This document shows, one piece after another, positions 55,832 through 64,000 of a stretch of 64,000 nt of DNA. Position 1 is the stretch's first letter. The number at the start of each line of letters is the position of its first letter. The translations under genes and the position numbers were made by a program. The stretch is from a virus, in the IMG/VR virus record IMGVR_UViG_3300048922_000467, positions 22,454-86,453 of that record. The stretch is one strand, 5' to 3'. The notes below the pieces were generated by a model. The model had not been told where the DNA came from, ran no database searches, and saw nothing but the letters and a program-made list of their open reading frames with translations.

Positions 55832-56614
55832 TCAGGTGCGCTCCGTGGGGCGCTTGGCGGCGGTACCGGGAACGGCCGCGGCGCCAGCGATGTTCTTCTC
55901 GGCCAGGTAGGTCAGGCCCTTGGTGGTCACCAGCACGCTGTACGCCGCCCGCTCTTCGCCCGTCTCCCGGTCCGGCTTGAGCGCCGTCACCTTGTGCTTG
56001 AGCAGGCCGGCAGTGATGCGTGGCTGGAAGGCGACCCAGCGCGTTGATCCAGCGCGGCGGTAGATCCAGCGGTTCTGCTCCATCCAGGCGAACAGCTTCG
56101 CCGGCGCCAGCTGCAGCTGCTTGGCCGCGTCGGTGATGCAGATCGCGCCGCCAGCGCCAGCCAGCCGGTTGATGGCCGCAACCTTGGGGGCCTGCTTGGC
56201 CAGGGCATCTTGGAGGCGCTGGTTCTCCTCGGCCTTGTCGGCAGCCAGGCGCAGGGCCTCGGCGAAGGTGGTCGGGATCTGGACCTGGGCCACCACGCGG
56301 GCCTCCAGCTCCCGCCAGCGGTCGATGATCTTGGCGCGCAGCTCAGCGTTGTAGCCTGAGACCAGCACCAGCGCATCACGCTGGGTGAGCAGGAATTCGG
56401 GGTAGCTCTGACCGTTCTGCGGGTGCCGATAGGGGGTCTCCTCAGATTTGAGGACACCCCTTCTGGCCAAGGATCGGGCGTCACGCAGCACGTTGTCGTG
56501 GCTCTTGCCGGTGAGCTCGGCAACCTCACGTGTCGACATGAGCTGGGATGGCTGGGCCTGGACTGTGAGGGTGCTCCCGGTGGGGGTGTTGCGTGCATCG
56601 AGTGCTGTGTGCAT
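55832..56614 (-). CDS. Rha-domain / KilA-C antirepressor
   Basis: MSTREVAELTGKSHDNVLRD, IPTTFAEALRLAA, ITDAAK, VTTKGL. Confidence 0.88.
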   Translation of the reverse strand: MHTALDARNTPTGSTLTVQAQPSQLMSTREVAELTGKSHDNVLRDARSLARRGVLKSEETPYRHPQNGQSYPEFLLTQRDALVLVSGYNAELRAKIIDRWRELEARVVAQVQIPTTFAEALRLAADKAEENQRLQDALAKQAPKVAAINRLAGAGGAICITDAAKQLQLAPAKLFAWMEQNRWIYRRAGSTRWVAFQPRITAGLLKHKVTALKPDRETGEERAAYSVLVTTKGLTYLAEKNIAGAAAVPGTAAKRPTERT

Positions 56615-56683
56615 AATCGACCTCGATTCGTTGTTGAAGAAACCGCCCCGCCAGGCGGTTTTTTTGTGCCTGCGATTCAGGTA

Positions 56684-56699
56684 CTGGATGGATCATCAG
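56684..56699 (-). promoter_or_regulatory. Possible LexA box upstream of antirepressor
   Basis: CTGGATGGATCATCAG fits CTG-N10-CAG but the spacer deviates from consensus. Confidence 0.45.
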
Positions 56700-56762
56700 T
56701 CACATTGGGAATCTGGCGGCAAAGCGCCAGCTGATTGAAAATTCGCTAACTGGCTGGCGTGG

Positions 56763-57002
56763 TCATGCCACGGTTTTGGTTGGCGCGACCTGATCGAGCA
56801 GTCGTCGAGCCTTGAACGGCTTTCCATTAGCCTTCGCAAGAGCCGCAATCTTCTCGGCGTAGCTGGTTTCGCCGGTGTACTCGGTGCGCGGGAGGCAGCC
56901 GGAGGTGAGCCACTTGTAAACGGCTCGACGACTTTTCCCACAGGCGAGCGCGACGGCAGCAACGCCACCAGCGTCGTCAACCGCTTTCTTGAGTGCCTGC
57001 AT
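56763..57002 (-). CDS. Cro-like repressor
   Basis: AGGVAAVALACGKSRRAVYKW, LPRTEYTGET; divergent from CI. Confidence 0.88.
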   Translation of the reverse strand: MQALKKAVDDAGGVAAVALACGKSRRAVYKWLTSGCLPRTEYTGETSYAEKIAALAKANGKPFKARRLLDQVAPTKTVA

Positions 57003-57020
57003 ATGGCCTCCCCTGAGATA

Positions 57021-57092
57021 TGAACTGTAAGTACATATTATGTCGGAACTGAAAGTACACGCAAGCGCGTGCCATATTGAACCTATGGTTCA
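57021..57092. promoter_or_regulatory. Three CI/Cro operators (OR-like)
   Basis: TGAACTGTAAGTACA, GGAACTGAAAGTACA, TGAACCTATGGTTCA. Confidence 0.75.
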
Positions 57093-57789
57093 CATAGAAG
57101 AGATAAGGGCAGCCTTCACGGCGCGCCTAAAAAAAGCACTCGCCGCCAATGACATACAGTCGTGGGGAGCCGGCGCGCGCCTGGCGCAAATGGCCCAGGT
57201 CACCCCAAAAGCAGCCAGCAAGTGGTTGAACGGGGAATCCCTACCAGGAAGCGCGAAAATGCAGGCTTTGGCCGCATCACTCAAAGTGCGTCTCGAGTGG
57301 CTGGAATATGGAAAGGGCGGTATGACCGAGGACACTCCTCCCTTCGACGCCAACGTGGAGCCGATTGCGGGTCCTGTCAGATATTACGAGTACCCTGAAA
57401 TCAGCTGGGTCCAGGCTGGGATGCCCATGGAAGCTATCGAAACGTCTAACATTGCCGGGTGCGAGTTTCACCCCTCTGATGCTTGGGCTGGTCCACAAGG
57501 GTTCTGGCTCAAGGTGCGCGGGCCTTCCATGACGTCCCCCAACGGCATGTCCTTTTCTGAGGGGATGGTCATTCTGGTTGCCCCCGGATTTGACGTTGAG
57601 CATGGCCAGTTCGTTGTGGCCAAGCTGATCGATTCAAACGAAGCCACGTTTAAGCAGTTCATTTGGGATTCCGGCAAGGCCTACCTCAAGCCTCTTAATC
57701 CTGCGTTCCCCACTGTGGAAGTCGACAAGACCTGGCTGATCGTTGGTCGGGTGATCGACGCCAAATGGCCTCGTTCAGTTCTGAGCTAA
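57085..57789 (+). CDS. CI-like repressor (HTH + S24 peptidase)
   Basis: VTPKAASKWLNGES, SWVQAG, GPSM, ATFK. Confidence 0.93.
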   Translation: MVHIEEIRAAFTARLKKALAANDIQSWGAGARLAQMAQVTPKAASKWLNGESLPGSAKMQALAASLKVRLEWLEYGKGGMTEDTPPFDANVEPIAGPVRYYEYPEISWVQAGMPMEAIETSNIAGCEFHPSDAWAGPQGFWLKVRGPSMTSPNGMSFSEGMVILVAPGFDVEHGQFVVAKLIDSNEATFKQFIWDSGKAYLKPLNPAFPTVEVDKTWLIVGRVIDAKWPRSVLS

Positions 57790-57817
57790 GTCAACCTCCC
57801 CGAGTCTCTCTTCCTCC

Positions 57818-57841
57818 AAGCCCGCCTAGCGCGGGCTTTTT
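57818..57841 (+). terminator. Intrinsic terminator after cI
   Basis: AAGCCCGC-CTAGC-GCGGGCTTTTT. Confidence 0.8.
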
Positions 57842-57860
57842 CATGCCCACAAGCAAAATA

Positions 57861-57899
57861 TGTACTTTTGGTACTTGACACATGTGAACCTACGGTACA
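57861..57899. promoter_or_regulatory. Two CI operators overlapping a sigma70 promoter (OL/PL-like)
   Basis: TGTACTTTTGGTACT and TGAACCTACGGTACA flanking TTGACA. Confidence 0.75.
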
Positions 57900-58329
57900 T
57901 ATTTGTACTGCCGGTGACGCGCTGCTTGCCATGTGCTTCAAGCGTTCCCGCACGCTCTTTACACAACCAGACGTAACCACCTCGACGCACCCAGGCCATC
58001 ACCTGGGTCGGGACAAGCTAAGTCGTCGACCACGCCAGTTAGGACTGGCCCATGCCCGGCTCTGGAGACCGGGCCAGGACGACCCGCTGGTGCATCTGGA
58101 CCCAGCAGCCAACGTCCTGCGCTGTTAGCGCTCCCTACCGGGGCCGAGATTAGGCGCTCCGCCGGCACAGCTCGAAGCAGCGAGCAGTAATGCCCACCAG
58201 GGTGGCGAGTAACCCTGCATCGACAGCCAGAGCAACAACCAGCCACCGACGCCAGCAGCGGGTCGCTGAGGTTTCACCGATTGGCCTGCACACGCGGGCC
58301 AGACGGGAAACCAACCAAGGAGTAGGACC

Positions 58330-58509
58330 ATGCTGATACTGACCCGCAAGGCAGGCGAGACCATCGTGATTAACGACAACATTCGCGTGACGGTGCTGAG
58401 CGTCCAGGGCAACCAGATCCGTCTGGGCGTTGAAGCGCCAGAGGACGTGCCCGTGCACCGCCAAGAGATCCACGAGCGGATCAAGGCCCAGGCTGAAGCC
58501 GCCGCCTGA
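58330..58509 (+). CDS. csrA: CsrA/RsmA-family RNA-binding regulator (59 aa, missed by ORF track)
   Basis: [51 protein letters not shown]; AAGGAG RBS. Confidence 0.93.
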   Translation: MLILTRKAGETIVINDNIRVTVLSVQGNQIRLGVEAPEDVPVHRQEIHERIKAQAEAAA

Positions 58510-58817
58510 CCAGAACAACCAGCGCCACGGCAGCCTGCCGTTAACGGCCCGATGCCCTGCCTCCCATCGCAGGGTGCATCGGGATTCACATTGAACGCGA
58601 GTTGATCGCCGCGAATTGTGAGCCAGGGTAGCGTCTCGCCCTTCGGTGAGGCGTCCGGACACCCGGTTTGCCCCGGAATGTGGATCACCGATACACCCCG
58701 CATCCCCTTCCCTTCACACACGACCGCATTGGCAGGCGGCAGGCACGCGCCTCCGGCTGCGCGTGGGTTTGGTCACCCGCCCTGGCGCCTGACCAATGCG
58801 GTCCACCGAGACAGATT

Positions 58818-59201
58818 ATGGAAACGATCACCTGCGGTACATGGACTGGCCAGCTCGGCGATGCCCTGGCGCCCCGTGAGCTTGAAGCTCTGCTGTGGGT
58901 CGCCCAGGGCCTCACCACGAAAGAGATCGCCCGCCAGATGGGCACCACTCCCGGTACCGCCGCCAACCGCGTGAAGCTGGCCCTGTTCAAGATGCAGGTC
59001 AGCCGGCGCGTCGAGGCCGTCACCAAGGCCATGAGCCGCCAGATCATCAGCCCCCTGTGCATCGCGCTGGCCAGCCTCATCGCGCTGCATGCCGCCATCG
59101 ACGTGGGCGACCCCATGCGCCGCGACCGCCGCGTGCCAGAGCGCCGCACCGCCCAAGTTCGAATCGTTCGCAAGGCCGAAGCCTTCGAGCTCCACGTCTG
59201 A
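58818..59201 (+). CDS. LuxR-type HTH protein
   Basis: LAPRELEALLWVAQGLTTKEIARQM. Confidence 0.85.
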   Translation: METITCGTWTGQLGDALAPRELEALLWVAQGLTTKEIARQMGTTPGTAANRVKLALFKMQVSRRVEAVTKAMSRQIISPLCIALASLIALHAAIDVGDPMRRDRRVPERRTAQVRIVRKAEAFELHV

Positions 59202-59215
59202 CCGAGGATCACATC

Positions 59216-59485
59216 ATGCAAACAGCAACGAGTCGCGCCTTCGCTCAAGGCGTTCCGCAGCTCGAGGCGCTGCTGGCCCGCACCAGTCTCGCCCGCCAAG
59301 AAGCCCAGGCCCGCGTCAAGGTCACCGCTCCCCGCTACCAGGCCATGAGCCGCGGCAAGATCTGGGAGGTGGTCGACCTCGGTACCGGCGCTGTCATGGG
59401 CATGGCCTACCAGTACGAAACAGCTCTGGTGTTCGTCAACGCGATGGAGGCAGCTGCCCGGTGCAAGCTGATCGGGCGACGATGA
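59216..59485 (+). CDS. Phage hypothetical protein
   Basis: GAGGA RBS, MQTATSRAF..., co-directional. Confidence 0.7.
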   Translation: MQTATSRAFAQGVPQLEALLARTSLARQEAQARVKVTAPRYQAMSRGKIWEVVDLGTGAVMGMAYQYETALVFVNAMEAAARCKLIGRR

Positions 59486-59821
59486 TCGACGAAAACGTTT
59501 CGGAGAAGCACAAGAGCTTGTGCAATCTGAGGGCAGCGTGGTGCAGTTCTTGGCCAAATGCGGATCCGGCTCGATCTCACGCTAGTCTCCTTGCGAGGAT
59601 ATCTAGACCAGCCATCACAGGATGAGCTGGTCACACAGGGGCAGCAAAGTCTCCAGCTGCTCGGGCTGGCTATTCAAACAATCAAGACCTCGACGGTGGA
59701 TGAGGTCAACGGCCACAGATGCCACCTGGACACAACTGCTGTCAGAGCCCCTCTAGAGCATGCGTTCTAACTCAACAAGAAAATCAAGCAATTTTGCTTT
59801 AAGGCAAATCTTTACATACAG

Positions 59822-60598
59822 CTACAGCTCTATAATTTCAGCAAGCGCGTCAGAAAATGCTCTAACGTTAGAGCTGGATTTCTTCAGGAATCCTAGAAGA
59901 TCATAAGGGTGCCCCTGCATTTCAAAGCTAACCCAGTCGTAAGACTTACTGATATCAACAACGTTACCCAAAATCTCTCTTACCTCCCGCCCACTCATTG
60001 AGTCGGCAATAAGTACTGGCTCAGAACCAATAACTTCTGTATCACCATAAAATATATCACTCAGACTTGCACTCGACCCACCTGAAATAACTATTCTCCC
60101 TCCAATATTAACGCTACCGCTAGTTGAGTTTAATCTATTCTGGACACCGAGATGGCGGTGCTTTGTTATATTAGTCATAGTACAAAGATCTAAAAGCCAC
60201 GTATCCCCGCATGAATGAGGCTGAATAGATTCAATCAAAGAAAAAACTTTAGGAGACTGCTCAGCCAAACCATTCAAGTGTTTTTTAACAGAGTTCAAGA
60301 AACTTGCCTTATCCTTGCCGTAAGGAAAATGCGGAAATCCATTCTTTCTAGAGTAGGATTCATATATAGAAACCGCACAATAATCAAGCACGCCACGAAG
60401 ATCGCCAAGCACAGTCTTAATTACAGGCCGAGCAACTACCAAATGATCTTCGTTATGTTTGGCAGCCTCATACGCCCCCTCCAACGCCATAATATTACGA
60501 TCAACCACACCAAGTAGTTCCTGTATATCTTCATAGCGGCGCATTCTGGTATTCCTCTGAAATTTCAGATCTTCAAAAACATTAAAATTTCGACCCAA
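59822..60598 (-). CDS. AT-rich moron protein, HEPN-like
   Basis: LRGVLDY, FPYG, WLLDLCTMTNITKHR; opposite strand; start may be internal MRRYEDI. Confidence 0.75.
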   Translation of the reverse strand: MGRNFNVFEDLKFQRNTRMRRYEDIQELLGVVDRNIMALEGAYEAAKHNEDHLVVARPVIKTVLGDLRGVLDYCAVSIYESYSRKNGFPHFPYGKDKASFLNSVKKHLNGLAEQSPKVFSLIESIQPHSCGDTWLLDLCTMTNITKHRHLGVQNRLNSTSGSVNIGGRIVISGGSSASLSDIFYGDTEVIGSEPVLIADSMSGREVREILGNVVDISKSYDWVSFEMQGHPYDLLGFLKKSSSNVRAFSDALAEIIEL

Positions 60599-60836
60599 TC
60601 AGCCACTAACAGTTAAGACTGTAGCGTCCAACCCCACACCTAGAAAGACCAGCACATAAGATTTTTACCCTTCCTCAAATTAAGCCTCACAGACAGGCCA
60701 ATTTAAAATTTAGCAAGCAACAGCGACCTGTCTGTTTGATCAATATCCCGTTTACATGTGATAGCTCACAACTACAAAATTTTCCACTCATGCTTCTACT
60801 TATTCAAAGATAACGCCTGACCGACGAGGCCCACCC

Positions 60837-61949
60837 ATGCCTGCGTATTACAACGAGATCGACCCATACGCCGCGCAGTGGCTCCGCAACCTTATTGCCG
60901 CTGGCCACATCGCGCCAGGCGACGTTGACGAACGCTCGATCGAGGACGTACACCCTGATGACCTCAAGCCCTACACCCAATGCCACTTCTTCGCCGGCGT
61001 CGGCGTTTGGTCCTATGCCCTTCGCCGCGCCGGCTGGCCAGATGACCGACCTGTTTGGACCGGTTCCTGTCCGTGCCAACCTTTCAGCGCGGCAGGCGCG
61101 GGCGCTGGGTTTGATGACCAGCGGCACCTGTGGCCGCACTTCCATTGGCTCATCCGCGAGCGCCAGCCTTCAGTCGTTTTTGGAGAGCAGGTTGCAAGCA
61201 AGGACGCAGACCCTTGGCTCGACCTTGTACAAGCTGACGTGGAAGCCATGGCTTATGCCTTCGGGGCTGTCGCGTTCCCGTCTGCGGGCGTCGGTGCTCC
61301 GCACATCCGAGATCGCACGTACTGGGTGGCCCACGCCCACGGCAGCACTGGCAGAAAAAGGGGTACGCACCTTCGAGGGCGGCCTCATGGAAGCGATGCG
61401 CAATCATGGTCTGGACCTGGCGGCAGCGGCCTGCCTGGCGGGATGGCCGACTCCTACAGCCAACGCAAAGGATCAAGTCGAGACACGACGCGGATTACAG
61501 ACGCTGGGCGGGTCAGCACTGCTGTCGGGCTGGCCAAGCCCAACGGCCTGCGATTCGAACAGAAAGCCGTCGCAGGACTTCAAGACACCGAACATCACGC
61601 TGAATCACGCGGCAGTGCTGAGCGGCTGGCCGACCCCCAACGCTGGAACGCCGCAGAGCCTACGCGGCAATGGTCAGGATCCCGAAATACGCCGCTCCCA
61701 GGGCCATCAAGTCAACCTCAAGGATGCTGTGCGCTATCTGATGCACGACCACCCGGCCCGGTTAACGGCCTGTGGGCAGATGCTGACTGGCTCTTCTGCA
61801 GGGATGGCAAGTGGCGGCCAGTTGAGTCCGGAACATCCCCGCTGGCTCATGGGGCTTCCAGCCGAGTGGGACGCCTGCGCGCCTACGGAAACGCCATCAA
61901 TGCTGAAGCGGCGGCGCACTTCATAGCCGCCTATCTCGAAACCCTATGA
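60837..61949 (+). CDS. C5-cytosine DNA methyltransferase, large (alpha) polypeptide
   Basis: FFAGVG (I), GSCPCQPFS (IV), GEQV (VI), PHIRDR (VIII), LRAYGNAI (X); motif IX absent. Confidence 0.88.
   Translation: MPAYYNEIDPYAAQWLRNLIAAGHIAPGDVDERSIEDVHPDDLKPYTQCHFFAGVGVWSYALRRAGWPDDRPVWTGSCPCQPFSAAGAGAGFDDQRHLWPHFHWLIRERQPSVVFGEQVASKDADPWLDLVQADVEAMAYAFGAVAFPSAGVGAPHIRDRTYWVAHAHGSTGRKRGTHLRGRPHGSDAQSWSGPGGSGLPGGMADSYSQRKGSSRDTTRITDAGRVSTAVGLAKPNGLRFEQKAVAGLQDTEHHAESRGSAERLADPQRWNAAEPTRQWSGSRNTPLPGPSSQPQGCCALSDARPPGPVNGLWADADWLFCRDGKWRPVESGTSPLAHGASSRVGRLRAYGNAINAEAAAHFIAAYLETL
61042..61926 (+). CDS. Alternative-frame (beta) polypeptide of the methyltransferase
   Basis: +1-frame ORF with four GWP(T/S)P repeats and motif IX-like QLSPEHPRWLMGLPAEW; start uncertain. 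Confidence 0.7.
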   Translation: MTDLFGPVPVRANLSARQARALGLMTSGTCGRTSIGSSASASLQSFLESRLQARTQTLGSTLYKLTWKPWLMPSGLSRSRLRASVLRTSEIARTGWPTPTAALAEKGVRTFEGGLMEAMRNHGLDLAAAACLAGWPTPTANAKDQVETRRGLQTLGGSALLSGWPSPTACDSNRKPSQDFKTPNITLNHAAVLSGWPTPNAGTPQSLRGNGQDPEIRRSQGHQVNLKDAVRYLMHDHPARLTACGQMLTGSSAGMASGGQLSPEHPRWLMGLPAEWDACAPTETPSMLKRRRTS

Positions 61950-62560
61950 CACCACAGGCGAGGTATCCCATGCCCACAGAACACGACTACATCGACGTGC
62001 GCGATCTGTTTGTAAGCATCAACCCAAGCGGCTTGGACGAGAAAGAGCTGGAGCGCGATGGCGCCAGCTTCGTCGAGCCGCAGACGATCAACGAATACCA
62101 CCTCTTCCATACTGGGTATCAGGCGGCGCTGGAGGCCCAGAAGGGCCAGGGCGAGCCGGTGGGTTACCAGATCCGTAGCAAGACTGATAGACCCGGGTCA
62201 CAGTGGATGCCATGGCGGGAGTGCTGTGATACCGAACGCGCCTTGCACTCCCATGAGGTAGGCCGCTTCAATCAGTTCGGGATCATGCGCGAGATTCGGC
62301 CGGTCTTCGCCAGCGCTGCCGATCCTGCCGAGGTTGAGCGACTGCGCACCGATAATGTCCGCCTGAATGGCTTGAAGCCTGAAGGACCACCGCGGCCACC
62401 AGCTGGATGTGGCCTGCCTCGCTACGGTCTCCGCTGGAACGGTCCACAGCAGCCTATCGCAGTACCCATGGATGATGGCTATTGGACGCCTTGGCATCTG
62501 GCGGATCGCCTGCGCCAAGAACGCGACAACCTGCTCGAAGCCGGCGCACACCTGCTGTAA
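61946..62560 (+). CDS. Phage hypothetical protein
   Basis: 204-aa ORF with MDDGYWTPWHLA; probable start 61970. Confidence 0.7.
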   Translation: MTPQARYPMPTEHDYIDVRDLFVSINPSGLDEKELERDGASFVEPQTINEYHLFHTGYQAALEAQKGQGEPVGYQIRSKTDRPGSQWMPWRECCDTERALHSHEVGRFNQFGIMREIRPVFASAADPAEVERLRTDNVRLNGLKPEGPPRPPAGCGLPRYGLRWNGPQQPIAVPMDDGYWTPWHLADRLRQERDNLLEAGAHLL

Positions 62561-62586
62561 CCCTTTCCCTAATCTAGCTCGCCGAC

Positions 62587-62889
62587 ATGCGCGGGCATGG
62601 AGAACTCGTGAACACTCATTTCCTGCTGATGGCCCAGTACGGTGGCCAGGCAATCATCCCGCTCGAGCGCATATGCCTCGATTACTTCAGCCACCTGACC
62701 CCCGAGAAGATGAAGGCAAAGGTCGCCCGAGGCGAGATCAACTTGCCCCTCGTCTGTATGGAAGCCAGCCAGAAGTCAGCTCGAGGCGTACATCTGAACG
62801 ACCTGGCCGCCTACCTCGACGCGCAGCATGCCAAAGCCAAGACCGAGCACGACAAGCTCATGGGTCGCGGTCTTCGACGCGCCTCCTGA
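62587..62889 (+). CDS. PrtN-like/excisionase protein
   Basis: NTHFLLMAQY...SQKSARGVHLNDLAAYLD; convergent with integrase. Confidence 0.85.
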   Translation: MRGHGELVNTHFLLMAQYGGQAIIPLERICLDYFSHLTPEKMKAKVARGEINLPLVCMEASQKSARGVHLNDLAAYLDAQHAKAKTEHDKLMGRGLRRAS

Positions 62890-64000
62890 TTCTCTTCCGG
62901 GCCTCGATCACGGGGCCCGCTATCACCCTGTCGATCCATCCCCACCCCGCATACGGATCGCCATTCCCCCGCAGGTGCGTATAGCGCCGCATCGAGTTCC
63001 AATCCCGGTGACCGGAAACGGAGGCCACCTTCGGGATATCCCACCCCATTTCGAAAAGCCGGCTCACGCCATCATGACGTAGGTCGTGAAAATGCAGGTC
63101 GTCGATCTCTAGAAAATTGCATGCCCTGGTGAACGAGGCCGATATCGACTTCGAGTTGTACGGAAAAACCTCGCTGGCTACACGCGGCATCGACTGCAGG
63201 ATGCGCCAGGCTTCGTCCGGCAAATGGCACCACACGTCATTCCCATATTTCTGCCCAGGGTTCTTCATGTCGGTGATGAGGGCTGACCGGTCCTTGTCGT
63301 TGAGCGAATCCCAGCGTATGCGTGTGATCTCCTCCTGCCGCCGGGTAGAGAAGAGCGCGAATAGCACCACCCGAAGCATATCGATCTCCTGCTTGCGACG
63401 GTCGCGCATCTCGTCGAAGTACGCTAGCAGGCGCTCAAGCTCGTCCAGAGTCGGCCGTCGGTTTCGCTCGCGGCTTTTGCTGACCGCGCCCATCTTCCTC
63501 AGTACCTTCCGGGCGTCGGGCATAGCGTGCGGATCAACTTCATAGCCCCAGGCCGGCCGCGCGACGGAGAGAACCGCGCCTAGGTGCGCCAAGTCGTTGC
63601 CCACAGTCTGTGCCTGAATGCCGCTGTTCTCCATCCGCCACATGGCGTACTCGACCAGCTTCTGGCTGGTTAGGTCTGTGTCCGCAACCTCGCCCAGCCA
63701 AGTTTCCTTGATGGCGTTCAGGGTAGCGCGTTTCGTTTTGCCCAATGGGCGCAACTTCTCGTACTGATCCAGGTAACGGTCGACCATGTGCTTGACCGTG
63801 ACGCCGCCGCGGTTCGCCTTGTCGATCGCGCCTGGCTCATGTAGCTCGGCCTCGCGCTTCCTGATCCAGGCCTGCGCTGTAGCCTTGCGATCGAACGTCT
63901 GGCTTTCCTGATAAACTGACTGACCCTTCTTCATGATCCGGATCTGCGCGGTGTACGCTGCAGACCCATCCTTGCGCTTCCGAAGCGTGATGGTTCCCAT
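62858..64000 (-). CDS. int: Tyrosine integrase (dusA-associated type)
   Basis: STRRQEEI, FHDLRHDG, SGHRDWNSMRRYTH. Confidence 0.95.
   Translation of the reverse strand: MGTITLRKRKDGSAAYTAQIRIMKKGQSVYQESQTFDRKATAQAWIRKREAELHEPGAIDKANRGGVTVKHMVDRYLDQYEKLRPLGKTKRATLNAIKETWLGEVADTDLTSQKLVEYAMWRMENSGIQAQTVGNDLAHLGAVLSVARPAWGYEVDPHAMPDARKVLRKMGAVSKSRERNRRPTLDELERLLAYFDEMRDRRKQEIDMLRVVLFALFSTRRQEEITRIRWDSLNDKDRSALITDMKNPGQKYGNDVWCHLPDEAWRILQSMPRVASEVFPYNSKSISASFTRACNFLEIDDLHFHDLRHDGVSRLFEMGWDIPKVASVSGHRDWNSMRRYTHLRGNGDPYAGWGWIDRVIAGPVIEARKRIRRRVEDRDP

Larger units (their letters stand above)
25463..64000. mobile_element. Temperate prophage (lambda-like head, P2-like contractile tail) integrated at dusA
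   Basis: Contiguous lysis, tail, head, replication, immunity and integrase modules. Confidence 0.93.

Noticed and set aside
57950-58320. RsmY/Z-like sRNA upstream of csrA
   Set aside because: Only scattered GGA triplets; no clear repeated GGA-loop hairpins or terminator
1-64000. CRISPR array, tRNA/rRNA, reverse transcriptase (DGR/retron)
   Set aside because: No regularly spaced repeat-spacer array, cloverleaf or YxDD reverse transcriptase ORF noticed by eye

Overview
Pseudomonas-type chromosome segment made almost entirely of two tandem mobile elements. Both carry closely related tyrosine integrases and they meet at a truncated dusA 5' fragment (about 25418-25501). The left element (<1-~25480, running off the left edge) is an unusual phage-like element. 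It encodes integrase, HTH proteins, an orphan AbiEi-like protein, a divergent primase-polymerase/SF2 helicase replication pair, two resolvase-type nucleases, TerS, a C39-like peptidase, TerL, portal and a probable scaffold. About 10 kb of cargo (umuDC, MvaT, FRG, AbiJ/HEPN-like and unknown genes) lies between portal and scaffold. No CI-type repressor is visible in this element. The right element (~25460->64000) is an apparently complete temperate prophage with lambda-like head, P2-like contractile tail, CI/Cro switch, CsrA homologue, an alternative-frame two-subunit C5 methyltransferase and AT-rich morons. The most novel signal is a ~100-nt candidate sRNA (21322-21420). Its single-stranded seed and CU-repeat loops are complementary to a conserved translation-initiation leader found upstream of about a dozen left-element genes, suggesting an element-wide antisense-RNA repression/immunity system. 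All calls come from reading the sequence; no database searches were run.
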